Shown here one piece after another: positions 53,009 through 64,000 of a DNA stretch of 64,000 nt. Under the pieces are notes generated by a model. It was not told the DNA's origin and did not search any database. It saw only the letters and a list, made by a program, of their open reading frames with translations. Positions within the stretch are counted from its first letter, which is position 1. Each line of letters begins with the position of its first letter. The position numbers were made by a program, and so were the translations under genes. Source of the stretch: Nageia nagi (lineage: Eukaryota > Plantae > Pinophyta); NCBI GenBank assembly GCA_050084985.1, contig JBITNC010000001.1, positions 207,700,001 through 207,764,000 on the forward strand. Reading direction: 5' to 3'.

Positions 53009-54680
53009 TTTTATTTTGGATTTTGGAAAAAAATAAAATTTAAAATCAAAATGAAACTCTTTACAATATCTAAATTTTTTAAGAATCTAACAAGTAGGAA
53101 AGAGAGAGAAAGAAAATCTACCTTGTTGTCCTGTTTATTGTTGTAGTTTTTCCTTCTTCACTCCTTTTAGTCCTCTCTTCCTTGTTGCTGTCTTTTTTTT
53201 CTTCACTGGTTTTTTGTTGGGGCTGTACAAAAAATATGAGAATAGAAACTAAGATTGGGAGGGTTCTAGTCACCTTTTAAGGTTTGGGGGCTGCGACCGC
53301 TCCGGCGGCCGATCTACTCCGGCCCATACGGAGCGTCGGGAGCTACTCCGATGGCCTGCTCCGGATCAGCCGGAGCGCACTCCGGTGGACCCCTGCTTTA
53401 AATGGTTTGGCTGTTTAAAGCAAGAGTAATAATAAAATTGAGTAGGAAGTTGAGAAACTCCTCATGAAGGAAAGCAAAATCTGCACTAAAAGACATGAAA
53501 AGGCAAAATATCAAGAGGAAGAATATGTGTCTCGTAACGCAGGAGCTATTTATCACTATGATAATCAAATGACTATTTAATGCTGAACCATATATGCATG
53601 AGATAATATGCTAGTAATGCAGTTAAGCTAGTTTTGATATATGCAAATATGCAGATCTTCTGATCATGATAATGCAAGTGTAAGCTATGCTACATGCTGA
53701 TTATACTGGATGAGGTCAGATAATACAAATTGATTGTCATATTGATAATGCAAAAGACAAGGGAAAGTTTGAGAAACATACCTTGTCTGTTGTCAAACAT
53801 GTATTGATAATCTAAACATATATGAATATGAAATATATTGAAAAGATTTTGGAAACTTTGAAGATTTGTTAGTACTGTTAGTTTAAACACACCAAGAAGG
53901 AATCACAAAATGAATGAGACATGACAAAGAGAAAAGTTAAATTATGGAAGTTAACAAGAGAGAGATTGAAGAGAGTAATCTATGGCAAACAAGGATCTGA
54001 TTTTTGCAACCCAAAAGGAGGAATGAAACTACAGAATTATCCAACTGGGACATTTTGGAATTTTTTGTCTGTACAAAAAGTTGCCATGCTGAAGAGGACC
54101 GCGAATCCTAACTTCTGAACCTGTCTGTACCTTATTTGGGTTGTTGTGCTGGAATATGGGTGTTTGGGCTGAGTTGGTTCCAATTTCTTGGGTAGGTCTG
54201 TCCTAGAATGCTCATGTTTGGGGCAAGATTGATTTAGTGATTTTTCATTTTTGTGTTTGAGAGTTGCCTCTGATGATCTAATAATCTATAAATCTGAAAT
54301 ATGACTCTGCGCTGCATTCTAATATTGTTTTAAAATTTTAATGAGTTTGACAACAGTTTTAGGTGGCTTTTCTACATGAATCACAACTTGCTATTGTCAT
54401 AGATCACAGAAGATTCTAGTTTGTTGATGAACTAGGGCTACTGGCTGACTTTATCGTGCAGTTTGAGATCTTTGGCGTATGTTTGTTTGAATCTGTTCTC
54501 TGTTTGCCACAATTGTTGGGCTGTTGGTTTCAACTGTTTCTTGTTTAACTGCTGTGTTAATGTTTTCTTTTTGGATGTATTGCCCTTTCCATATTTTGAT
54601 ATGTTGCATTCTTACATGACTGTTTCTTTTATTTACCATGTTAAAAATCATTTTGATCAAAGGTAAATCAATGAGATTAC

Positions 54681-55691
54681 TGTAAGAGAACTAAACTAAA
54701 ATACCCAGAAATTTTCTACTAAAGAAAATCAGATTGGCACAAATAAAACCCTAAACTTCAGATCTGAAATTTTAGACAGAAAATAAGTGCAGATCATTAC
54801 GTAAAATTTCTGATTGGTAAAGTTTTTCAGAACTGAAAAGTTATCACAGAAATAAGCTCAGAAAATGCACCAAACTTCCCATATCTCTCTCTAGGATTTT
54901 TATAAAAATTTCCTGAAGACAAACTCACAGTCTAGGGCATCAGATATACTCAAGAGTCAAAACAAGCTTCAAACATGCACAGAAATATTCCCCAGGCTGA
55001 GGGATTCACTCTACTGGCTGAATATGACTGAAAATGTGCTCAAGATGGCTCCAAACAGTCTTCATAAAATAGATGAGCCTCTTGGAGGGAAGAAACCCTC
55101 AAATGGATCCTCAAACTGGCACCAATCTACCTCCTAGAATAGGAGGATCCTCCTAGAAAGGAAGAAAACCCTCAAAACTGGAAAATAACTCTTCTCCAAA
55201 TAGGATGAACCTGTCTTGGACAGAATCCTTCAGATCTGGCAGTGAAAATCCAACATACAAGCATCAAACTCAAGATTGATAATACTAGAGGCTGGCCTTC
55301 TTCTAGTCCCACTCCTTTAGCTGGTCTTATACAAGAGGAATAGGAAATGGCTGCTTCACCAATCTCCTCCAAGAAGTAAGTTCAATAATCATAAGCATGA
55401 GCATGAGAAACCTTAAAATGATGTGTTTTTCTCCCATATAGGTGAATGACCCACTTTAGGGTTTAGGGTTACAATCTTCTTCTTAAAATCCAATGCTCCA
55501 AATTGAAGGATCAATCTCCTGCCTTGAATGCCAATATCCCACTTGGGGAGGACCCACAATAACTTAAAAGACTTTTAAGCACATGCTAAAATTAATCACT
55601 AATGCTAAAGACACTCTATAATATTTGATCTTTTATTTAGAACATTTCTAAATACCTCACTAACACATCAAAAACACTTATACCACTAACA
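54681..55691. repeat. LTR-like fragment (possible solo LTR)
   Basis: TGTAAG...CTAACA ends and LTR-like non-coding composition, but no TSD or second copy. Confidence 0.35.
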
Positions 55692-55740
55692 AAGTAATGA
55701 CTGCAAAAAAGCTTTTTTAAATCACAGAATGTCTGATTTG

Positions 55741-56102
55741 CAAGGTTGTCAAGGGATGCGTCCTCCACCCTCAAAATCCCCATCCCCGTCCCCTGCCGTC
55801 CCCAGAAACTTGGGGACTCCATAGAGGATGTTTCCTATTGTTCATTAAGAACATAGTATGTATTTATCCATTTTGTTAGTTTTTGTATAACTTTTTTATT
55901 CTTAAATGATGTATTTAGCCATTTTGTTAGGTTTTGAATAATGATTTTGTTGGTTTTTGCATAATGGATGATTATATATCATTTATTTTCCTTGGTTTTA
56001 TATACTTGTCGTCCCCTAGCCCCATCCCCTAGGTGTTTTCTAAAATCGGGTCTCTGTCCCCTACAGTCCCCGGAAACCCATCCCCCAGTCCCCTTGTCCT
56101 TA
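55741..56102. mobile_element. hAT-type MITE (362 bp)
   Basis: Perfect 8-bp TSD CTGATTTG (55733-55740 and 56103-56110). TIRs CAAGGTTGTCAAGGG and (reverse complement) TAAGG---ACAAGGG. GTCCCC subterminal repeats flank an AT-rich core. Confidence 0.88.
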
Positions 56103-57899
56103 CTGATTTGGTAATTGCTTGAGTTTGTGTAGTTCATCCAATGTAGCATCATGCTTGATATTAATTCAGAATTCTTGTAAAATATTGTTTGGAAGCTCCT
56201 CAAAACTCTGAATGTTGTTACTTGGTAATTCTTGATATCATAGAGGAACATCACCTGTTAAGCTTTTGAAAAATACTCTGGCCTTGAGAACTTCATTGTT
56301 ACTAAGTTCATTTGTTTCATTCTTAAATTTTATCACATGTTGCCTAGGGTTTCTTGTACCATACTATGTAGTGAAACTTGTAAGATCCCTATTCAGTAAA
56401 GCTACCTTTCTGATTCTTGATTGTAAAGGTTTCCAGATACTTTGGTATGAAGCTATGATTAGTGTCTTAAGCCTTAATTGCCTTTATTTCCTGAAGTGTT
56501 GGATGTTTGGACAACTCACTTTGTTCACCATGTTCTTTTGGTAGTTCCTTAGGATGTTCCACTTCTGAAGTTGTTTTAGCAAGTATTCTTTTTTATTTTT
56601 CTGTTGCTACTGAAGAAATTCTTTAAAAAGCAATCGCCTATGTTGTTCTTGGTGTGATGGATTTTGAAAATTAGGCTGTTATTTTTTCTATTGTGACAAA
56701 TTCAATATGTACTCTACCTGAATTTTTTGTTCATCTAGCATTAACCCCTCCAAAGTTAAAAAATTGGTGAATCATCTTGTTTTTGTTAAAGCTCTTCTAG
56801 TGATGTTTGTTCTTGTTGATATTTCTCTAGTGGTGGTGGTTATTGCTGAATGAGTCTTTCTTGCATTTTGGGTGGATTTATCTCTCCTCTTTGATTTAGG
56901 AGTGCTGTTACCAGTTTATCTTTTGTTTGTGTCATAAGCTGGGTTTCAAAGTGATTTTTCCTGTAGCTTTTTAGTATGTTGTGGCTTTGGCATTCCTAAT
57001 GTCATTCATGTCGGGGATGGAGGTTTGGGTGCTGTATTAGGCAGAACAACGTATGAAGCGATCCGGGAAACAATGAGTTTTGTATTAGTGATGAATGGGA
57101 TCTGTGTTTTTGCAGAGACCAGCATGCCTATGTTTTGATACTAATTACTCAGAACACATGCATTCTGAATTTGGCTTACTAGAGTGGATCTAAAAAAGGG
57201 GATGTTATCTTCTTGGAAAAGGAAGTTATGTGATGTACTGGTTGGAGTTTTTTCATGGGTAGGTGAAGGAGGTGGACCAAGAATGGCACAAGCCCTATGC
57301 AAATCAGTGAAATTTTCTGGCATCATAATATATATAATCTCATGAAAGAAATCCACATCAACTAAAATATAATCTGTAAGATCTTCTTTTCTTTCTTTGG
57401 TTATTAAAGCACACAAAGGTAACTCAAGAGTAACATTATTAGCCTTTGTTTTCTAGTTGCTATCGGTTGCATTATAACTTCGAGTGTTATCATTATTGGG
57501 GATTTCATGAGGCTAATTTTTCATTTTGTTGCTATGGTCTTCTTGTGCATCGCTATGTTCGTCTCTATCCTCATCAATATCATATCAAATTTTTTGTTTA
57601 TTATTATTTAAAGTATGCATTTTTAAATTGAAAATATCCTCATTTGTGTTTATCCTAGCATCGTCAAAATCATAATATTGATCATCCACTACAATAACTT
57701 GCGCTACATGTTTTCTTTCCTTAGCTATCCTTTTACTTATTGGCGCAAATATTAGATCCTTTGCCTTTAGGCTTAGGTTTTAGAGTAGAAGTCATGAAGG
57801 TAGTACAAGAAACAATGAAGATATCTTTTTCTTCTATATTTATGCAACAAAATTGAGTTCTTAAACTGTTGCTTTCTTGGCTATCTTCTCATTCCATGT

Positions 57900-59150
57900 A
57901 AATTTGGAAGAAATTTCAGACCATTGAGTTTTAAGGGCTATAAAGGCATGGTAAATAAAGATGAGCAATAAGAAAGACAAGAAAAATAGGAGGTTTTACA
58001 AACTAGGGTTTTAGGAATGAGATCTACAAACAAGAACTAAAAATTTACAATAAAATCAAAACATGCAAATATAAACAAGAATAAGGATTCTACCAAAACC
58101 TAGAGTTTTTGTGGGAAAAAAAACACAAAATCTAGAGTTTGGGCAAGGTTTTATGGTGGTTATGTTTTAATGGATCTAAGAAAAATATTGGTAAAACCTA
58201 CGGTTTTGGCCAAAAACGTTTTTGAGGAGTCGATCACCAAATACCTAAGGCTTTTGGTGGAAAATAATGCAAAGAGTCGGGTTCATTAAAATGTAGACAA
58301 AAATAATACATATATTAAAATGTGTACAATTAATTCTATGTATGAAATGAAAATAAATTAATAGCAATGTACAAGTATTAGATATAGCGAGCTAGGCTAT
58401 TGTGGAAACCTTGAGAGCAATTACATTGAAGACTTATTTGGAGATTGTGGATTGAAGACAAGCTAAGGAAGGACTATTATCTTAAGAGGATGAATCCTCT
58501 CATTTTGGAGTGTTTAATGACTTTTGTGGTGCAACAAACTTCATTTTTGGTTTTGCTTTGTAGAATACAACTTTGATAGCTTCAAATCGGACTTGAGGAA
58601 ATTATGGAGAAGAATATGATTATCTTGTAGAAGATGTTAGCACTAAAACTTTTGAAGATTAAAATATTTACAACCTTGTATCAAAATTCCAAGATATCTC
58701 AAATTAGTCTTTGCTTTTGCTATATATAGGCTTGGGAAATCAAATTTTGGGCTCACCAAGGTGGACGTCTTTAGGATAATGTGCATATAAGATAACAATA
58801 TGTTAAAAGGTTTCACTTAAGTTAGAATAACAAAAAATGGGCCCATTTTGCCATTTTTACATAAACCATGTAAATCACCTAAATAAAATCTTTTATAGAA
58901 CAGTTAAAATGCAGTCTTAAATGCCTAATTATGGGCTCCTCTCCCTTCCTAGGATGCATCCAACCACCAAGGACTTATAGCTAGGAGTTATGAGAAACTT
59001 AGATCAATTTCGAAAATGTTTATTTATGGTCTTACTTCTACCTAACAACAATGCAAGGGCATCTTGGCAGAGAAAGGGCACCTTGGTAGATATATTTTTG
59101 TAAGAAGGTTTTGATGTTAATTATTTTTTGTTGGTTGGTAAATGGGGGAC
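57900..59150 (-). mobile_element. T3: truncated T1/T2-related element (part of the 5' LTR from 58292, PBS and leader)
   Basis: TGTAGACAAAAATAATACATA at 58292 matches T1 TGTAGACCAAAAATAATACATA at 11765. PBS GTCGGGTTCAttA at 58276-58288. The leader has repeated AAAACCTAGGGTTTT-like motifs. Outer limits are approximate. Confidence 0.65.
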
Positions 59151-59151
59151 T

Positions 59152-60265
59152 TGATAATGATCCACACAATTCACAATTATCACTTCATTTCACAATTATT
59201 ACATCTAGAAGCTCTTAACCCTTTGATTCGTAATGTATAGCCCAAACTATGACTATTCTCAACAATTACAAATTTTAGAATTGGATGAAGTATATGATCT
59301 CGATGCAAATGCAACTAACAATTTATAGTGGAAAAACACCAATGTGGGGAAATAACCACAGTTGAATAGCTTACTAGCTTTATTAATGATTCAAAATGGA
59401 GTTATAGCCTTGGAAGTGTTACAACGTAGTGCTACTACAATATACAACCAATACAACTTAGAATAATCACCTAACAACCTACAATGAACCTCCAAAATCA
59501 CTACTCTATGCAAGTCTCTTCAACTCTTCTTCAGTTGCTCTTCATTATCCTCAAAATGAGGTGCGAACTTGTATTTTTAGACGTCCAAATGACTCTTGGC
59601 CTTCCAATTTCCTATCGATTCAACTTCTTGTGACCTTTTGACTAAATAACTGCGAAATATTATTGCTCCAGTTGCAAACATGTTGTTGAGTTGGTAACAA
59701 TGCAACATGTTTTCAAGTCAGTAGTAGCTACATGTTGTTGGGTTAGCAACAACTACAACATTTTGTTAGGCTGGCAACAACTACGACATGTCGGGTCGAC
59801 AACACTACAATATATTGTGGGGTCGACAATAGTGTGGTTTGTTGTTGGGTTTGGTTGACAATAGTGTGGTTTGTTGTCAGGTTTGGTCGACAATAGTGTG
59901 GTTTGTTGTCGGGTTTGCAACAACTACAATATGCTATAGATGACTCAACAACAACTATGACTTGATATAGGCTCAATACTTGTTTCTCCATGTTGTCGGT
60001 TGGGTACTTGTTTCTATATGCTAGTACAATACTTGCTTTTCCATGCTGTTAGCCTAGTAACACAAGATTTAAGTGTCGACCCAATTGCAGAGGATCTTGG
60101 TGCCGAACAGGTTGCAAAGGATTTGATGTTGAACCGGTTCCACAAATTTGGTGGTCCCAACAACACCCAAAAATGAAGTCCTAGAATTAAAACAACTCCA
60201 CTAAGATGTCTACTTACTCACCATGATGATTAAAATATAATTTTTTCAAAAAATAATTTTGAATT
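59152..60265 (-). repeat. Probable 3' LTR / 3' non-coding region of Gypsy D
   Basis: Directly follows the pol end and a purine tract (minus AAGTGGGAAGA, ~60269-60279). No second copy in the window, so boundaries are uncertain. Confidence 0.45.
59821..59916. repeat. 32-bp minisatellite, three copies
   Basis: GGTCGACAATAGTGTGGTTTGTTGTCGGGTTT, three nearly identical copies. Confidence 0.9.
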
Positions 60266-60305
60266 AGGTCTTCCCACTTGGGGAGCTGTTGGTCCCTTAA
60301 AAGAT

Positions 60306-63049
60306 TCAATTCATTAGGTGAGGATATAAATCCTTCATCCAATGCAAAGGTAACCATTTTGCTTTGGTCAACATTTGACTTTTTGCACAAACTAGCCAAA
60401 ATTCTTGATCATCCCTTTTTGAAGTACAAATTTTTTTGTCAAGCACCACATCTTCTGTTGCCTTCTCAAAAGTTGACGAAGCCAAATCATCCCAATGTGG
60501 CAAAACATGAGTATCTTCTTTGTCATCCAACAATGAAGGCTCAACCAATTTGAGGTTCTTCACATTAACACCAGAATACATTTGCATGTAACTAGGCAAG
60601 TTGAGTTTGAATGCATTTTTCCCATACTTGTGCACAAATTGAAATTGTCCATAATGTATAGGTTTCAACTTCTTAGTAGCTCCTTGAAGCCTCTCTTTAC
60701 TCAAATGCAACCACACCATATTTCCAATATAGAGCTGATGTGCAATTCTATATTTTTCATGGCGTTCATTGTATTGTTGTTGAGTCTTCTTCAACTTCTC
60801 TTCAATCCGCTTATGAATAAGTTGAACTTTCTGAATGAACTTAAGAGCCTTACTGCCTTGAGGCTCACTACTCCTTTCTGCATCTAAGCCACTGAAAGAA
60901 ACTCCATTAAAAGGCAAATGTGGTAGAAAACTATAACATACCTCAAATGGTTACAATTGAGTAGATGAATTAATAGCCTTTTGTAGTAATATTGCATATA
61001 ATACAAGTTTTCATCCCAAGTCTTTGGCCTTTGTTAATTAAAGCCGCTCAACAAATGAACAATGGTCCTATTGACAACCTCATTTTGACCATCCATTTGA
61101 GGATGAAATACTGTGGATCTTTTCAGCTTGGTATCCAACATTTCTCAAAGTGCTATCCAAAACATGCTAAGGAATCGAGTATCACGGTCACTAATGATAC
61201 TCTTTGGCAAACCAAAATTCACAAACATATTCTGAAAGAACAAATCAGCTGCTCCTTCAACTGCAATAGTCTTCTTGCATGGACTCATGATAGCCATCTT
61301 GCTAACCTATCAACTATCACATACAATTAGCCATTCCCCTTGCAAGTAATAGGCAATTCACCCACAAAATCCAGGGATATACTTTCCCAGGTCAGCTAGG
61401 AACTGGTAGGGAAGTGTGCAATCCCAACTTCAAGTTACTTGGTTTACAAGTGTTGCAAATAGCACATGTGGATATTTGGCGACATCATTCTGCATATTAG
61501 GCCAATGTATATATTGCTGTAAATTTGCTACAGTTGTTATGCATGCCAAATAACCAACAATCAGTGAAGTATGCACTTCTCTGATCAGCTGTAATCTATT
61601 GCCTTTGGGAGCACAAAGTTTTCCAGTGTTAAACAACAAGCCATCCTCTAAGTAATAATCTTCCATTGAGGCATTCTTTTTTTCCCTAAGACTATCATAC
61701 ACTTCTTTGAATTTCTCATCCTCATTTTCACCTTTATAAGCATCAAAAGAAAAAAGTTCCAATTCCATGACAATTGAAGCAAGTTTCATGAGAGGTCTAG
61801 ACAATAGATCGGCCAACTTGTTATTCTTTCCCCTCTTATACTCGATCAAAAGGTTAAATTGTTGTAAGAAACCCATCCATTTAAAATGTCTTGATTGTTG
61901 TAATTTATTTTGAGTTTGCAGATATCTCAATGGTTCATGATTAATATGAATTACTGATTCTTTCCCCATGAAATAATGTCTCAATTTCTTAACCGCTAGA
62001 ACCAAAGCATACAACTATTTATTATCTGTAGAATAATTATGAACAACTCCTGAAAACAATTAAGAATGATAACATACTGGTTTATCTCTTTGGAGTAGAA
62101 TTGCTCCCATAGCATGGCTTGAAGCATCGATCTTCACTTCGAAAGGCATTCTTAAATCCGACATATCAAGAATGGGTGCATTGCATACCGTGTCCTTCAA
62201 CTTCCGAAATGCTTGTTCTTCTTCTTTACCCCACACAATACTGCTATTTTTTTGCAACATTTTCAGCAATGGTACAACATGTGAAAAATCCTTGGTAAAC
62301 TTCCTCAAATACTGAATTGCGCCAACAAAGCTTCATTCAGTTTGGCTTTGACCACTATTGAATGGTTGCAACTTTGGTTGATAAACCAAATAAGATTCAA
62401 TTTCAGCTGTTTGCTACAAAACTATCACCACTTTTCTCAAGTATTGCATATGCTCCTCCCAAGTATAGTTGTACACCAAAATATCATCTAAAAATTCAAG
62501 TGCACACTTATCCAACATTGGACAAAGTACATCATTCATCATTCTCATGAATGTTGTAGGAGCATTGGTCAATCCAAATGGCATGGCCAACCACTCAAAA
62601 AGACCTTGTTTTGTCTTGAAGGTTGTTTTCTTCATTTGGATTAGATGATAATCAAATCTCAAATCAAGTTTGGTGAAATATTTGGCATGCTTCAGCTGAT
62701 CAAACAAATAATCAATATGAGGAAGTGGATACCTATTTTTGATGGTGATTTTGCTGAGTGCTATATAACCAATGCACATCCTCCAGGCCCCATCCTTATC
62801 TGGAACCTAAACAATGGGAGAACCTACCGATGATACACTAGGCCTCACAAGCTCTTGTTCGAACAATTCTTGGACTTGTTTTTTCACCTCATTAGATTCC
62901 AATATCGATTGCCAATACAACCCAATACTAGGGATAGGCGAATCCGACAACAATTGAATTTTATGTTCTACCTCTCTCTTTGGTGGTATGCCATGAGGTG
63001 CTTGCATAACGTTTTGGAACTCTTGGATCAACTTCTTGAAATATTCCAA
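60306..63049 (-). pseudogene. Gypsy D (chromovirus clade, CRM-like) pol: RT, RNase H, integrase, chromodomain-like tail; 5'-truncated
   Basis: ITIKNRYPLPHID..FTKLDL...MPFGLTNAP...FLDDIL; DASSHAMGAILLQ; KWMGFLQQF..NKLADLLSR; KLKPIHYGQF. Confidence 0.9.
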
Positions 63050-63050
63050 A

Positions 63051-64000
63051 CTAGGGCAAGCAAGATTTATAACAAAATAGTGAAATCCAATTTAACCTTA
63101 TTACTCCAAACTTAAATAAATTCTCAACATTACCAACAATGCCCTAGCTTATGCAAAATATTTAAATTACACAAATAAATGCCAAATTATTCTTAAAAAT
63201 AGGACGATTTAGGAAATTGCTCAAAATAGGGCAAAATAATCCAAGCGACCAAGCATTCCCCAAATGAGGCCAAATAATGAGACAAAATTATGAAATAAAT
63301 ACCAATATTTTCAAAATATTCAAATGAACCAAGAATGTGATCTTAGGAAGCTCAGGATGTCTCCAAAGGGGTGATTTCTCACTAGGGAGCTAAGAACACC
63401 ACAATGAAGATGCCAAATTTACTCCAAATTGTCTCCTTGTGCTAGACGTCTCACTCCTAGGGCCAAGACTGGATGCCAAGATCCAAACTCCACCTTCAAA
63501 GCTGAATGTCTAGGGTAGGTCTTCACTTGAACTGCACTACGACTATCTGAGGCTAATTGTTTGAATATATGAAGCGCGAAGGCCTATACCACCTCGAGGG
63601 GTTGTGTCCACAAGATGGGGTTTCTCTTGAATGGTTTCGTCTCCATGAGAGAAGAGAAGCTGTGCACTCTACAATAGGGGGGTTTGATAAAAGATAGCAT
63701 ATCCCCCAAATGATGCATCCTCCTCTTTTTATAGTGAGCAAGGAGATGTCATGTTCTAATTTGTGGTTGGCTGACCCAACCCAAAAATATAAAATCACTC
63801 CTAAAAATAATAAATTAACTACCTAGATGGGAGTCCACTCTTGAGGGGTCAAGTTACAATTATGGCCCATGCTCAGTATTAAAATATAAAATACTCCTAA
63901 ATTAACTAAATTGGCTCCTAATACCCATATAATTGGGACGTCCACCTTGGGATGCTCAATTTCTAATTGTTGCATCCAAGAATGAGGTACTCATCATCAT
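63051..64000. repeat. LTR-like non-coding sequence interrupting Gypsy D (runs off the window)
   Basis: The pol frame is lost abruptly at ~63050. It shares GACGTCCACCTTGG (~63937) in inverted orientation with the T3 LTR (~58756). Confidence 0.45.

Larger units (their letters stand above)
49825..53395 (-). mobile_element. hAT DNA transposon, structurally complete (3571 bp)
   Basis: TIRs CAAGGTTCCA and (reverse complement) CAGGGGTCCA. 8-bp TSD CTTGAAAT (49817-49824) / CTTTAAAT (53396-53403). Clustered CGGAG/CTCCG subterminal repeats at both ends. Confidence 0.92.
46459..64000 (+). other. Giant intron 3 of the ANTH gene (>17.5 kb)
   Basis: The expected next exon (VALKTLIVIHR...) was not found by eye; the interval is filled with TEs. 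Confidence 0.7.

Noticed and set aside
56200-57420. Coding remnant or further ANTH exon
   Set aside because: No recognisable motif and no VALKTLIVIHR-like sequence in any frame I read.

Overview
This is AT-rich plant nuclear DNA. A gymnosperm/conifer origin is inferred from the repeat families, the PPR style and a giant intron. Most of the window is nested, decayed transposable elements. From left to right: Copia A, split inside its RT by Tat-lineage Gypsy element T1 (dual RNase H); full-length Copia B with a perfect TSD; a Reina-like chromovirus split inside its RT by T2, an 8.5-kb pol-less LTR element carrying only gag plus an antisense, intron-containing plant mobile domain (PMD) gene; and a Mutator-like (MULE/SWIM) transposase whose upstream region is filled with tandemly amplified, antisense PLS-type PPR fragments, later hit by a 4-bp-TSD TIR element and a solo LTR. 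The only intact host gene visible is the 5' end (3 exons, 45915-46458) of an ANTH-domain clathrin assembly protein. Its third intron runs more than 17.5 kb off the window and contains a hAT element, a hAT MITE and more Gypsy remains. No RNA genes or CRISPR arrays were found. The best candidates for undescribed biology are (i) the T1/T2 group, which shares LTR termini, a tRNA-Trp-type PBS and a double purine tract but splits pol and PMD between members, and (ii) the PPR-loaded MULE next to the ANTH promoter. All calls come from reading the sequence by eye; no database search was run.
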